Of a stretch of DNA of 64,000 nucleotides, positions 9,654-18,959 are shown in pieces (the first letter of the stretch is position 1; the number at the start of each line of letters is the position of its first letter). Made by a program: the position numbers and the translations under genes. The DNA is taken from the sequence record KT919973.1, one strand, 5' to 3'. The notes below the pieces were generated by a model. The model made no database searches. It saw nothing but the letters and a program-made list of their open reading frames with translations, and had not been told where the DNA came from.

Positions 9654-9654
9654 G

Positions 9655-10164
9655 ATGACTGAAGTCAAAAAATACAAAGGCGTAAAAGAAAAAGATCTAC
9701 CACTATACAACTCACGCGAAATGGGACCTCATCATGTTTTCGAATTATGGGATGGTGAATGGGTACCAGAGTGGGCTAGAACATACGTTCGTTATCAGAG
9801 CTTCTGGAGCCCAGAACGTGTTGGGTTTTACATGTCAACTAGCGCAAGACGTATGATTGACCTAATTCGGAATGGTGAATGTCTAGCACGTTACAAAGGT
9901 AACTACGTGTTTCGTTACACGCCAGTGCCACATACTGGTTGCTACAAGAACTGGATTCATGCTCGACGCGGTAACGGTTTGATGTCTGAAATGCATCATA
10001 ACAAGTTCTGTGAAGACGAGATTGAAGCCGAATACGGTAAAGTAGTTCGCAAAAAACGTGCTCATACAGTTCGCTGTCTTCTAGATTGGGATGGTCTATC
10101 GTCTTACAAATCTCCACAGCGCGGGTGGAAACGCTCTAAAAAGCGCAAACAGTGGATGAAATAA
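9655..10164 (+). CDS. hypothetical basic protein
   Basis: 169 aa, GGAG RBS, basic Trp-containing C-terminus. Confidence 0.75.
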   Translation: MTEVKKYKGVKEKDLPLYNSREMGPHHVFELWDGEWVPEWARTYVRYQSFWSPERVGFYMSTSARRMIDLIRNGECLARYKGNYVFRYTPVPHTGCYKNWIHARRGNGLMSEMHHNKFCEDEIEAEYGKVVRKKRAHTVRCLLDWDGLSSYKSPQRGWKRSKKRKQWMK

Positions 10165-10170
10165 ACAAAA

Positions 10171-10202
10171 GGGTTGCAATTTGCAGCCCTTTTCATTATC
10201 AT
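10171..10202 (+). promoter_or_regulatory. terminator hairpin / early promoter
   Basis: GGGTTGCAATTTGCAGCCCTTTT; TTGCAA-N17-TATCAT. Confidence 0.65.
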
Positions 10203-10228
10203 AGATGCTTCAAATAAAGGAGCACAAT

Positions 10229-10426
10229 ATGATTCAAATTTTATTAGCAACACTAGGTGTTATTCTAGTATTCGTATCAGCAACGCCATTAGTATATGTA
10301 GTCAATAAGATTATTGAAGACGAATTCGATTCAATGATAGCTAGTGTAACTGCATTGTTAGTAGCTGTTGCTGTGTTTTGTTTTACTTTTATGTTCATTG
10401 CCTTCACGGGCGCTGAATATATGTAA
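10229..10426 (+). CDS. small membrane protein
   Basis: AAGGAG RBS, two TM segments. Confidence 0.6.
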   Translation: MIQILLATLGVILVFVSATPLVYVVNKIIEDEFDSMIASVTALLVAVAVFCFTFMFIAFTGAEYM

Positions 10427-10439
10427 CGAGAAATATATT

Positions 10440-11033
10440 ATGACAGACAAGAAACAAAAACCTACTCTAATTTTCGACGTAGATGGTGTGCTTATTGATT
10501 GGGCAAGCCAGCTACCGCTATTCTGCAAGCGATGTGGTATCGACCCCGTTCTTGCATTAAAACACTTCACTGCTAAAGAGCATGTTGACGTACGTGATTT
10601 ATTCGGTGTCGAGCAGCGTTCAATAGCATTTGACTTACTTGAGAAGTATAATCTTGAGCACGGTAAGTACATGACTGCGTTCCCTGATGCGGTAGAGAAC
10701 GTTCACAAAATCGCGAAAGAATACAATCTTGTTGCGCTGACTAAATTCGGTGATTCAACTGATCACTGGCTTGTGCGCAAGTTCAACTTAGAAACATTCT
10801 TCCCGGGTTGTTTCAGCGAATTGATTACTATTCGCGGTGATGAGAGCAAAGTCGGTTATGTCTCTCAGCTAGTATCAGATCACGACGTGATCGGTTTCAT
10901 TGATGACCAGTTAGAAAATACTGAGCAAATCAAGAAGTGTTTTCACGACCTTAAAGTGGTACACCTCAATCGATATGACGAACGAGCAGACGTTCATCAT
11001 ATGTCAAAGCTATTAGATTTTATTCACGAATAA
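10440..11033 (+). CDS. HAD-superfamily phosphatase
   Basis: IFDVDGVL motif I and FIDD motif IV. Confidence 0.85.
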   Translation: MTDKKQKPTLIFDVDGVLIDWASQLPLFCKRCGIDPVLALKHFTAKEHVDVRDLFGVEQRSIAFDLLEKYNLEHGKYMTAFPDAVENVHKIAKEYNLVALTKFGDSTDHWLVRKFNLETFFPGCFSELITIRGDESKVGYVSQLVSDHDVIGFIDDQLENTEQIKKCFHDLKVVHLNRYDERADVHHMSKLLDFIHE

Positions 11034-11096
11034 AGTTTAACACGTCTTACATTCATCATATAATAAAGCTCCTGTCGGGGCTTTTTTGGGTTAATT

Positions 11097-11396
11097 ATGA
11101 TTAAACGAGCTTATATTATTCATGCTGATAGCGCACTTGCAAAACGTGCTGTTGCGTTAGATAAGCGAGAGTCAAAAGGCAAGCCGTTCTTTTCGAATCG
11201 AGAAGAATGGGAAGCTGAATTGCAAACCGATTGGCAAGAATGGAACAAAGAAGCTTGTGATTATATTGTTCACATTTACGGTGATCATATCGCAGGTAAG
11301 CCATTCTTAGTAACAATCAACAACGGCAACGTATATTTTGAGGAAAATGATGTTTGCTATACTAATGAAAAGCAACCAAGAAGTGGCGATTATTGA
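11097..11396 (+). CDS. hypothetical protein
   Basis: 99 aa ORF. Confidence 0.65.
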   Translation: MIKRAYIIHADSALAKRAVALDKRESKGKPFFSNREEWEAELQTDWQEWNKEACDYIVHIYGDHIAGKPFLVTINNGNVYFEENDVCYTNEKQPRSGDY

Positions 11397-11550
11397 TCTC
11401 GGTGATGTTACAATGCCTGCATTGTACCTGAAAGAGCAAGATGCACTTAAAGTGTTGTACAAAAATGATTTACACGAACAGTGCTTTGTTGCACGTGTTC
11501 GTCCTGAAATTTATATAGAGGGTCCAGATGATTCTACCAATCCTGAATAA
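11347..11550 (+). CDS. hypothetical protein
   Basis: GAGG RBS; overlaps both neighbours. Confidence 0.5.
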   Translation: MMFAILMKSNQEVAIIDLGDVTMPALYLKEQDALKVLYKNDLHEQCFVARVRPEIYIEGPDDSTNPE

Positions 11551-12865
11551 ACTAGCAGCAACGACTAAACGCACTGAAAAAGAAGCAATCCTGAAGTCTG
11601 AAAAAGACAATGAATTGCTAAAGCGTGTATTTGAGCTTGCATACACACCTACGTATCAGTTTAATATGAAGAAACTGCCTGAAGTGAATGCAGGTGAAGC
11701 ATATGTGCATGAATATACCGAACTAGAAGATGCACTAGAGCAAGTGTTTAGTGCGTTGGTTGTGAATCAAGTGCGCGGTCATTCTGCACAAGATTTTGTT
11801 GCTCGTATACTCGCTTCAGTTTCTGAAGACGACGCGGAAGTGATTCGTCGTGTTATCTTGAAAGATCTTCGAACTGGTTGTACGGGTGGTACTGCAAACA
11901 AAGTTTGGAAGAAACTGATTCCAGAACAACCTCAAATGCTTGCAAGCCCGAAGAACGACAAACTAATCGACGCGATTCTAACTAAAATCGCATACGCTGA
12001 ATTAAAAGCTGATGGTGCTCGTTGTTTCGCTCATGTTGACTTAGATGGTAACATTACTCTTACATCGCGTAACGGTAAACGCTATCAAGGTCTAGTCAAA
12101 GTTGAGAAAGGCTTGACTGAAATGGGTGTAAACGGCTTTGTTATCGACGGTGAGCTTGTGTACGCGCCAAACGGTTTACATGAGGTTGAAGACCGTTCGA
12201 CTGGTAATGGCATTGTCAACAAAGCAAGTAAAGGTACAATCACACCGAAAGAACAGGCTGACATTGTATTTCAAGTATGGGATATCATCCCTGAAGACGT
12301 TTATTTCGGTAACTCGAATGAATTGAACATGCCGTACAGTAAACGTAAACAGATTCTTGCAGATGTTGCTATTAAAGCACGTGGTATCATCGAACCGATT
12401 CCGTGGCAGACTGTTTCTACAAAAGAACAAGCATCTGAAATCTACAATCAGTACGTTGCTCAAGGTCTAGAAGGTATCATCTTGAAAGACCCAGATGCAC
12501 TCTGGGAAAACAAGCGAAGCAAATCACTTGTGAAATACAAAGAAGTTCACGATGGTGATTTAGAGATCATTGAAGTAATCGAAGGCGACAAGAAGAACAA
12601 AGGCAAAATGGGTGCTCTTCTTCTTCGTTCAGCTTGCGGTATGTTGATTACTAAAGTCGGTAGTGGCTTCAGTGATAAACAGCGTGCTGAAATTTGGGAA
12701 CGTCGTGATGAAGTAATCGGTATGATTGTTGAAATCAACTACAACGCAATCACACGCGCACGTAATAAAGAAACATGGTCTTGTTTCTTGCCTATTTTCG
12801 TGCAATTCCGTGATGACAAAGATGTTGCGAATGCGCTTGAAGAAATGAGCGGGTTCAAAGGTTAA
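11528..12865 (+). CDS. 30: ATP-dependent DNA ligase
   Basis: AELKADGAR adenylation motif, IDGEL, EGIILK, OB-fold VGSGFSD. Confidence 0.96.
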   Translation: MILPILNKLAATTKRTEKEAILKSEKDNELLKRVFELAYTPTYQFNMKKLPEVNAGEAYVHEYTELEDALEQVFSALVVNQVRGHSAQDFVARILASVSEDDAEVIRRVILKDLRTGCTGGTANKVWKKLIPEQPQMLASPKNDKLIDAILTKIAYAELKADGARCFAHVDLDGNITLTSRNGKRYQGLVKVEKGLTEMGVNGFVIDGELVYAPNGLHEVEDRSTGNGIVNKASKGTITPKEQADIVFQVWDIIPEDVYFGNSNELNMPYSKRKQILADVAIKARGIIEPIPWQTVSTKEQASEIYNQYVAQGLEGIILKDPDALWENKRSKSLVKYKEVHDGDLEIIEVIEGDKKNKGKMGALLLRSACGMLITKVGSGFSDKQRAEIWERRDEVIGMIVEINYNAITRARNKETWSCFLPIFVQFRDDKDVANALEEMSGFKG

Positions 12866-12867
12866 TA

Positions 12868-12889
12868 AAGGGGGCTTATGCCCCTTTTT
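12868..12889 (+). terminator. intrinsic terminator
   Basis: GGGGC-TTAT-GCCCC followed by T run. Confidence 0.75.
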
Positions 12890-12900
12890 GCGTTTGTGCG

Positions 12901-12908
12901 TATAAATA
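12901..12908 (+). promoter_or_regulatory. gp55-dependent late promoter
   Basis: exact TATAAATA 23 nt upstream of ATG 12932. Confidence 0.85.
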
Positions 12909-12931
12909 CTTTCATTTAGAGAGACAATAAA

Positions 12932-13819
12932 ATGATTATATTCGAGGGATATGACGCGCTATTTGAAGCGTTTGATAGAGCAGCGAATTATGACTGGCTG
13001 ACCGACGACGAAGCGTTTTTTGAAATCGGCGGGACTATGTATAAAGCAATCATAACTAGCAAAGATGAAGCACGCGGACGCATAATTGACGTTTCATTTA
13101 TGTGGAAAAGACCAGATGGTCAGTATTCATATGAATTAAAGAAATCGAGCAACGCGAAAGATTCATTGATGGTAATGAGTACGGTGCTTGCAGCTACGTT
13201 TGACAAGGCTAAACGAGAAAACCCAGATTACATTACATTCAGCGCATTTGCAGACCATGACGACAGAGATGCAAAGAAACGCTATAATCTTTATAAGCGC
13301 ATGGCTGAACGATACGCAAAGCAGATGGACTATACTTTACAAACGCACGGGCGTATGTTTGTATTAAAAAACAACAACCCATCTAATGAAATTAGACGAC
13401 TACCAAATGATGGTATTAAAGTCGAAGATGAGATCACATATGTTGATTTCCCTAGAGTGAACGCATTCACATGGGCGACGCTATTTGAGTGTGAACGACC
13501 TGGTGATTTTGAATTGATTCGTATGACAAATGGGTTCGCTACAATCAAACGAGTTAATGATAAAACAGTTCAAATTAAAGCATCAATCAATGGTAATAAA
13601 TTTGATAATTTAGACACGGTTGAAATATGGGAAAGTCTGCTAGGTACTATTATTGCTAAACCTGCATGGGGTGGTGATGGAGAAGCTGAATTACTAGAGA
13701 AGGGCGCGATTCTAGAAGATGGTAAAATGCTGATTCTTGACTACAACACACTTTACATGGTTGAAAAGGTAAGCGACTTTGAAGAAGTTTGGGGTCATAG
13801 TCTTATTAGAGTTGAATAA
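12932..13819 (+). CDS. putative internal head protein, paralog of the 48401/48859/49781 family
   Basis: late promoter; N-terminus MIIFEGYDALFE-AFDR; shared domain STV..ITFSAF.D..KRYNLYKRMAERYA. Confidence 0.7.
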   Translation: MIIFEGYDALFEAFDRAANYDWLTDDEAFFEIGGTMYKAIITSKDEARGRIIDVSFMWKRPDGQYSYELKKSSNAKDSLMVMSTVLAATFDKAKRENPDYITFSAFADHDDRDAKKRYNLYKRMAERYAKQMDYTLQTHGRMFVLKNNNPSNEIRRLPNDGIKVEDEITYVDFPRVNAFTWATLFECERPGDFELIRMTNGFATIKRVNDKTVQIKASINGNKFDNLDTVEIWESLLGTIIAKPAWGGDGEAELLEKGAILEDGKMLILDYNTLYMVEKVSDFEEVWGHSLIRVE

Positions 13820-13845
13820 AAAAGGGAGCAAATTGCTCCCTTTTT
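13820..13845. terminator. bidirectional terminator
   Basis: AAAAAGGGAGC-AAATT-GCTCCCTTTTT between convergent genes. Confidence 0.8.
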
Positions 13846-13848
13846 CGA

Positions 13849-15477
13849 TCATGGTGTTAGAGGACTACGCTCTTTTGTTAGTCTATCTGCATCGATATCT
13901 ACATCAACAGAACGCATGAAATTGGCTACTTCTGAAAGCTCGTGTAAACGCTCTTGCTTTTTGAAAGCAGACAATACACCTTGCTTCGTATCTTCTTTGA
14001 TTTTCAATCGAATTACAGCGTCGTATTCAGACATTTGAACAACGTCAGCTTCAAACATCGTATTACGGTTGATGATAATCTCTTTTGAGTATTTCATACC
14101 GTGTTTACCTGAAGCTAAAACAGGCAAGCCGCTCGCTTCTATGATGAATACAACATTCATTTTCTTATCTGACTCAAGCAGAGAACGCATATCTGATTTA
14201 CTATTCTTAGCAGTTGAATCAATGATGTTCTTAGAGCTTGATTCAACGAACTTACAAGCAACAAGAGGGTCGATTGACGTTGAGATAAACGCAGTCGAAA
14301 CAAACGAGCCAGATTCAAGAATAGAGCGCACATGTTTACTTGACATTTCACAGCCACGATATAACGTCATTCCACCAGCAATCATACCAGCTTCAGAAAA
14401 CGCTTGGTCGATGCGTGAGACAATCTGTGATTCTTTATCAACACCCGTTCCGTGTAATAACTCTTCATTCACCTTCCATGAAAAACGAGTCGCGGAGTAT
14501 CTAGCAATAGCAGCTTGTGTAAGTGACGATAGACCCGCAAATGAATCTTCCTGCATAAGTTGCAAAGAAAGACGTTCATACTGACTTGCATGAGCACGTG
14601 AGCGAGATTCCATGATACTATTCAGAACGCTTTGAGGCTTCTTCGATTCGGCGATATATGAATTCAATGAAACTGCCACAGTTTCAAGATTCAAACTCAT
14701 ATCAATTAAACCTTTCGCAGCATTAGCAAGAACATGTTCATTGCTTTCATTCAATTGAGAACGAACAGACGAACTTACACGCGCTTCATATTGAGGCATT
14801 TGAAGAACATCATTTGGAACACGTGCAGCGGGGTTTTCTTCTACCCATTTACCTAGTACGTCATCTTCATAGTCGTCATACGCAGCATCGGCAGTTACGA
14901 TAATCGTTTTCTTGCTTGAAATATCAGTTTCGAGTGACATTTTTAACGCAATATCGTTAATTGTTTCTTCAGATGCTTCGAATAGCTTATCGGCATTATA
15001 CCCTGGTTTGGTTACAATAAAGAAGCTGTAATCTTGCGAAATTTCTTCACCACCCACGCCAATGATCTTAGTTGTATCACAGCCGTAACGTAGCTTTTTA
15101 AACAACGTTTTAACGCGCAAGTCGAACATCTTACCCGTACCTAGTTTCTGCACACGCATTGAAACGACATTCGCACGACGTTTGATCATGAAATCTTGAA
15201 CCACTTTAACAATAGTTTGTTGAAGCTTTTGTTCATCTCCCATTTCACGAATAGTAACACCGCCTTTTTTGCCGCGCATTGCTGATACAGTACAGAACCA
15301 CGCACGTTTACCGCGATTTCCGATATCTGATTTTGTTTTAGTTGTGAACGAAACAACGATGTCTCTGGCTTCGCCTTTCATGTCGATCACAAAGAATTTG
15401 TTTTCTTTGGTCGAGCGAGCCGGATAATAGTCGTACGTTGCGCTCATGTTTTCATTTAATTGTTGAAATCCAATCAT
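13849..15477 (-). CDS. alt: Alt-like ADP-ribosyltransferase (virion protein)
   Basis: C-terminal ART motifs LYRG, FISTS, YSKEII; N-terminus MIGFQQLNE; CATAAATA late-like promoter upstream on the minus strand. Confidence 0.8.
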   Translation of the reverse strand: MIGFQQLNENMSATYDYYPARSTKENKFFVIDMKGEARDIVVSFTTKTKSDIGNRGKRAWFCTVSAMRGKKGGVTIREMGDEQKLQQTIVKVVQDFMIKRRANVVSMRVQKLGTGKMFDLRVKTLFKKLRYGCDTTKIIGVGGEEISQDYSFFIVTKPGYNADKLFEASEETINDIALKMSLETDISSKKTIIVTADAAYDDYEDDVLGKWVEENPAARVPNDVLQMPQYEARVSSSVRSQLNESNEHVLANAAKGLIDMSLNLETVAVSLNSYIAESKKPQSVLNSIMESRSRAHASQYERLSLQLMQEDSFAGLSSLTQAAIARYSATRFSWKVNEELLHGTGVDKESQIVSRIDQAFSEAGMIAGGMTLYRGCEMSSKHVRSILESGSFVSTAFISTSIDPLVACKFVESSSKNIIDSTAKNSKSDMRSLLESDKKMNVVFIIEASGLPVLASGKHGMKYSKEIIINRNTMFEADVVQMSEYDAVIRLKIKEDTKQGVLSAFKKQERLHELSEVANFMRSVDVDIDADRLTKERSPLTP

Positions 15478-15568
15478 TTTTATAGACTCACCCTTTAGAA
15501 ATATATGTGTATTTATGATTGCTCATAACACCCGTTGAAATTATTTTAAACTTTTTGTCAGAAAAAGG

Positions 15569-15612
15569 TTGCTTTGTTTTCGTTTTAACCATATTATAGC
15601 TTCATCGAAACG
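15569..15612 (+). promoter_or_regulatory. early sigma70 promoter
   Basis: TTGCTT..TATTAT followed by the shared AGCT..ATCGAAACGA leader. Confidence 0.7.
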
Positions 15613-15636
15613 AATTAACGAACAGAGAGAATAATT

Positions 15637-16143
15637 ATGAATGTACAATCACTGACTAACGAACAACTTGCAGCACGTTACAACATGACAGTAGACTCAA
15701 ACGGCTTTCAAGCTGTTGATGATAAAGGTCGTCGTCATTATCTAACAGACTTGCGTCAGAAAGCGATGAAAGAAGCTAAGACGAAACGTACTTCAAAAGT
15801 TAAAGCAGCGGCAAGCAAAATCGCTTTACCAACCGCAGAAGAGAACTTAGCGCGTCTGAACGGTGATTTTACTGAACATCAATGGTTTATTCGTGAATCT
15901 CAGCCGGGTCTTGATATTGAAGAATTAGGTCTGCGATTCTACTTTATTGGTGGTCACGAACGTCATCAATTGAACATTCGTACAAAGCACTTCAGTAACA
16001 AAGAGTTGAATAACTTTTACGCTGACAAAAAGATTCTGAAAGCTCACAAAGGTACAGGTTCAATCACAATCGGTTCTCTGAGTTATGATGAAGTAGTCGA
16101 AATTGCTAACGATATCATCGAAAAGAGCAAAAACGAGATCTAA
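15637..16143 (+). CDS. hypothetical early protein
   Basis: GAGAG RBS after early promoter. Confidence 0.75.
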   Translation: MNVQSLTNEQLAARYNMTVDSNGFQAVDDKGRRHYLTDLRQKAMKEAKTKRTSKVKAAASKIALPTAEENLARLNGDFTEHQWFIRESQPGLDIEELGLRFYFIGGHERHQLNIRTKHFSNKELNNFYADKKILKAHKGTGSITIGSLSYDEVVEIANDIIEKSKNEI

Positions 16144-16165
16144 ATCACGAAAAAAGTAGTTTTAG

Positions 16166-16198
16166 GGATTGACAATAACACGTCAATCCCCGATAATA
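16166..16198 (+). promoter_or_regulatory. early promoter with hairpin over the -35
   Basis: GGGATTGAC-AATAACAC-GTCAATCCC; TTGACA-N17-GATAAT. Confidence 0.7.
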
Positions 16199-16241
16199 AA
16201 CACATCAAGACGAGATACGAACTACTTAAAGAGAGAACATT

Positions 16242-17069
16242 ATGACAATCACTAAAGCAGAAATGAAAGCTATCGCAATCGACCTTATGTCTGGTAACAA
16301 CTTGATGAAGCGCGATCTGATTGCAGAAGGTTGGTCATTCGAATTTTCAAAACGTAAAGCTGCACTAGGTGATTGTAACTACCGTACTAAAACACTACGT
16401 CTTTCTGAAAAATTCTTGAACGCTCGTACTAAAGAAGAGCAAATCAACACAATCACTCACGAAATGGCTCATGCGATTGCTTACACTGATTACAACGAAC
16501 GTGGTCACGGTGCTATCTGGAAGCGTGTACACCGTCAACTAGGTGGCGATGCAAAGCGTTGCTCAACTGTATCTAACCCTGATGCTGTAGATAGCAAGTA
16601 CGTTGTTTTCTTCGAAAACGCTCAAGGTGAACTTGAAGTAGTTCAGAAAATGGATCGTTTGACTAAGCGTTTTCAACCAGTACACATCAAGGCTCTATAC
16701 TTGAAAGGTCGTAAAGCTGAAACTGAAGGTCAACTTCGTTGCGTTGCAACATCAACATTCAACGCTATCAAAGCAGATCACGAAGCTAAGAAAGCTGAAA
16801 ATACTAAAGCAGTTGAACCTGTAGCAGCACCTGCACCGAAAGCTGAAAAGAAAGCTGAAGCGCCTAAGCCTGCTAAGAAAGTAAACGCACGTGGTCAAGC
16901 TGCTCGTGACGCAATCGCAGAAATCGTAATGAATACTACTCACAAAGGTTGTAAGTCAGTGTCATTTGAACAGCGTGGTAAATACAAAGATTGGTACATC
17001 ATTATTGAACTAGAAGCTCACACAATCGAAAAGCGTCTAGACACTTTCAAAAAATCTCACGGTTTATAA
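16242..17069 (+). CDS. SprT-like zinc metalloprotease with Ala/Lys/Pro-rich linker
   Basis: LGDCNY, THEMAH, GHG..WK, G..AKRC SprT motifs. Confidence 0.85.
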   Translation: MTITKAEMKAIAIDLMSGNNLMKRDLIAEGWSFEFSKRKAALGDCNYRTKTLRLSEKFLNARTKEEQINTITHEMAHAIAYTDYNERGHGAIWKRVHRQLGGDAKRCSTVSNPDAVDSKYVVFFENAQGELEVVQKMDRLTKRFQPVHIKALYLKGRKAETEGQLRCVATSTFNAIKADHEAKKAENTKAVEPVAAPAPKAEKKAEAPKPAKKVNARGQAARDAIAEIVMNTTHKGCKSVSFEQRGKYKDWYIIIELEAHTIEKRLDTFKKSHGL

Positions 17070-17087
17070 CATTGTTGTTCTCTTTAT

Positions 17088-17110
17088 AGCCCCGAAAGGG
17101 GCTTTTTTTT
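17088..17110 (+). terminator. intrinsic terminator
   Basis: AGCCCC-GAAA-GGGGCT followed by T run. Confidence 0.85.
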
Positions 17111-17234
17111 GGTTTGAGCGGAAAAATTCCGTCTCATCTTAGTAGTATTAGTGCTTTTAGTAATATTAGAAGTATTAGTAAGATTTGTTTAATAACCACC
17201 TTGGCAGACGTATAATATAGGTCGAGGTGAAGAA

Positions 17235-17474
17235 ATGATAACGATATACACAATTCCCAACTGTGACGGCTGTCGTCACGCAATTTCCCTCTGTAAGTTC
17301 AAAAACGTCCCGTACACTGTAATAGAGTTACAGTCTCAATCTGATATCGATAAATTGCATGAGAAACTTGGTGGGGTGCGCAACATTCGCGTGCCTCTTG
17401 CTATGCATGGTGATACATACATAGGTCATCTTCCAGAACTCAAGCAATGGGTTGATAACCAGACATATAAATAA
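17235..17474 (+). CDS. glutaredoxin (NrdH/NrdC-like)
   Basis: TIYTIPNCDGC CxxC motif, VP..YIG. Confidence 0.88.
   Translation: MITIYTIPNCDGCRHAISLCKFKNVPYTVIELQSQSDIDKLHEKLGGVRNIRVPLAMHGDTYIGHLPELKQWVDNQTYK
17466..17473 (+). promoter_or_regulatory. late promoter
   Basis: exact TATAAATA upstream of the gp24-like gene. Confidence 0.85.
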
Positions 17475-17529
17475 AAGAAAATAACATTCTCTCCGCTGAA
17501 ATGCGGCAATAAATTAAAGGAATCATACA

Positions 17530-18429
17530 ATGACTGTATCTAATAGTAACGGTTTACCAGACATTGTTTCTGTTCAAAAACGACTATACCCGTTAATATT
17601 TACGCAAATCGTTTCAGAACAGCCAACAACTCAACCGGTTGCGACTGCGTTCGGTTTCAAATCTGTAGCTGAAGCTGATGACGCGAGTGGGTGGCTGCCA
17701 CATGGTTTTAGACTTGATCGCTGGTATGCACAAGTTCAATCATCAAAGCTAAAAACTGAAATCTCACTTGAAACAATTCAAGACATGCAAGCACTTGGTG
17801 TCAATGAATCGATTATCACAGATTCTATTGCTGATCAAATCGCAGATGACATCAACACTAATATCATCGATGCACTAAACAGTATTTCAACTGTTGGTAG
17901 TGCAATTACGCTATCTGCTATTACTAACCGTTTTGATAAAGGTCGAGAATTATACTCGTTCGTCCATGCATCTGCTGCTGAGATTGAAAAGTCAACGGGT
18001 TGTACAGGTACATATATCGTAGCAGGTGGTGAAGCATTTGGTCTATTGACGGGCACTGGTATGGCTACACAGATTGGTGATACTAGCATGTATAAATGTG
18101 ACTCTGGGTTATATCTAGTTCATGACAAGTATGCAACGACTGACTACGTAACAATTGGTGTTAAGAAAGAACTTGGTGATTATGAAATCTCAAGTTTAGT
18201 ATTCAGCCCATACAACTTTGACAAAGCAACAGACGCTGGTATTGCATATCAATATAAAACACAAGACTCAAAATCATTCCACCCAATTTACGGTGTGATT
18301 GCTCGATACGCATTGACCGTTGCACCATTAGAAGATAATCAAACGGGTGCAGTTGAAATCGATTGGGATAATCTTGGTGTTCTTGCGAACAGTTCTAAGC
18401 TGTCATACACTCACGCAGTAACGGTATAA
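17530..18429 (+). CDS. 24: capsid vertex protein (gp23/gp24 family, short form)
   Basis: IFTQIVSEQPTTQPVATAFGF, SSKLKTEISLETIQD, ARYAL match the gp23/24 pattern; late promoter. Confidence 0.8.
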   Translation: MTVSNSNGLPDIVSVQKRLYPLIFTQIVSEQPTTQPVATAFGFKSVAEADDASGWLPHGFRLDRWYAQVQSSKLKTEISLETIQDMQALGVNESIITDSIADQIADDINTNIIDALNSISTVGSAITLSAITNRFDKGRELYSFVHASAAEIEKSTGCTGTYIVAGGEAFGLLTGTGMATQIGDTSMYKCDSGLYLVHDKYATTDYVTIGVKKELGDYEISSLVFSPYNFDKATDAGIAYQYKTQDSKSFHPIYGVIARYALTVAPLEDNQTGAVEIDWDNLGVLANSSKLSYTHAVTV

Positions 18430-18437
18430 GGTGTGAC

Positions 18438-18950
18438 ATGAAAAATCATTATGTAGATAATAAAGCCCTGTACGCATCTTTATGCGAATGGAAAAGCGAA
18501 ATGAAGAAACACCCTGATGCTGCAATTCCCGTCCCTGACGTGGTAGCAATCAGTATCATGAAGATCAGCGAGAATTTATCTCGCCGTTACAATTTTAGTG
18601 GGTATACTGCAACCTGGAAAGAAGAGATGATTGGTGACGCAATCGAACATTGCTTGCGCTATATCAAGAACTTCGACACTGACAAGTATAACAACCCACA
18701 CGCTTATATCACTCGTATTTGCTTCAATGCGTTTGTACAACGTATTAAGAAAGAAAGAAAAGATACAGCGATTAAATATAAAGTATTCTTATGTGATTCG
18801 TCTAACTACTCGATTGATGGTGAAGAAACTGATTTCGATTTTCTTCAACAGATGTTAGAACGTGTCAATTCTTACGAATCTGGCAAGACTGCTAAAGCTC
18901 AACCAGATGAACAGAAAGAACCACTTAACTTACAGAAATTTTACGATTAA
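18438..18950 (+). CDS. 55: late transcription sigma factor
   Basis: HYVDNK, RRYNFSGYT..WKEEMIGDAIE, NPHAYITRICFNAFVQRIKKE. Confidence 0.96.
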   Translation: MKNHYVDNKALYASLCEWKSEMKKHPDAAIPVPDVVAISIMKISENLSRRYNFSGYTATWKEEMIGDAIEHCLRYIKNFDTDKYNNPHAYITRICFNAFVQRIKKERKDTAIKYKVFLCDSSNYSIDGEETDFDFLQQMLERVNSYESGKTAKAQPDEQKEPLNLQKFYD

Positions 18951-18959
18951 GGAATTAAC

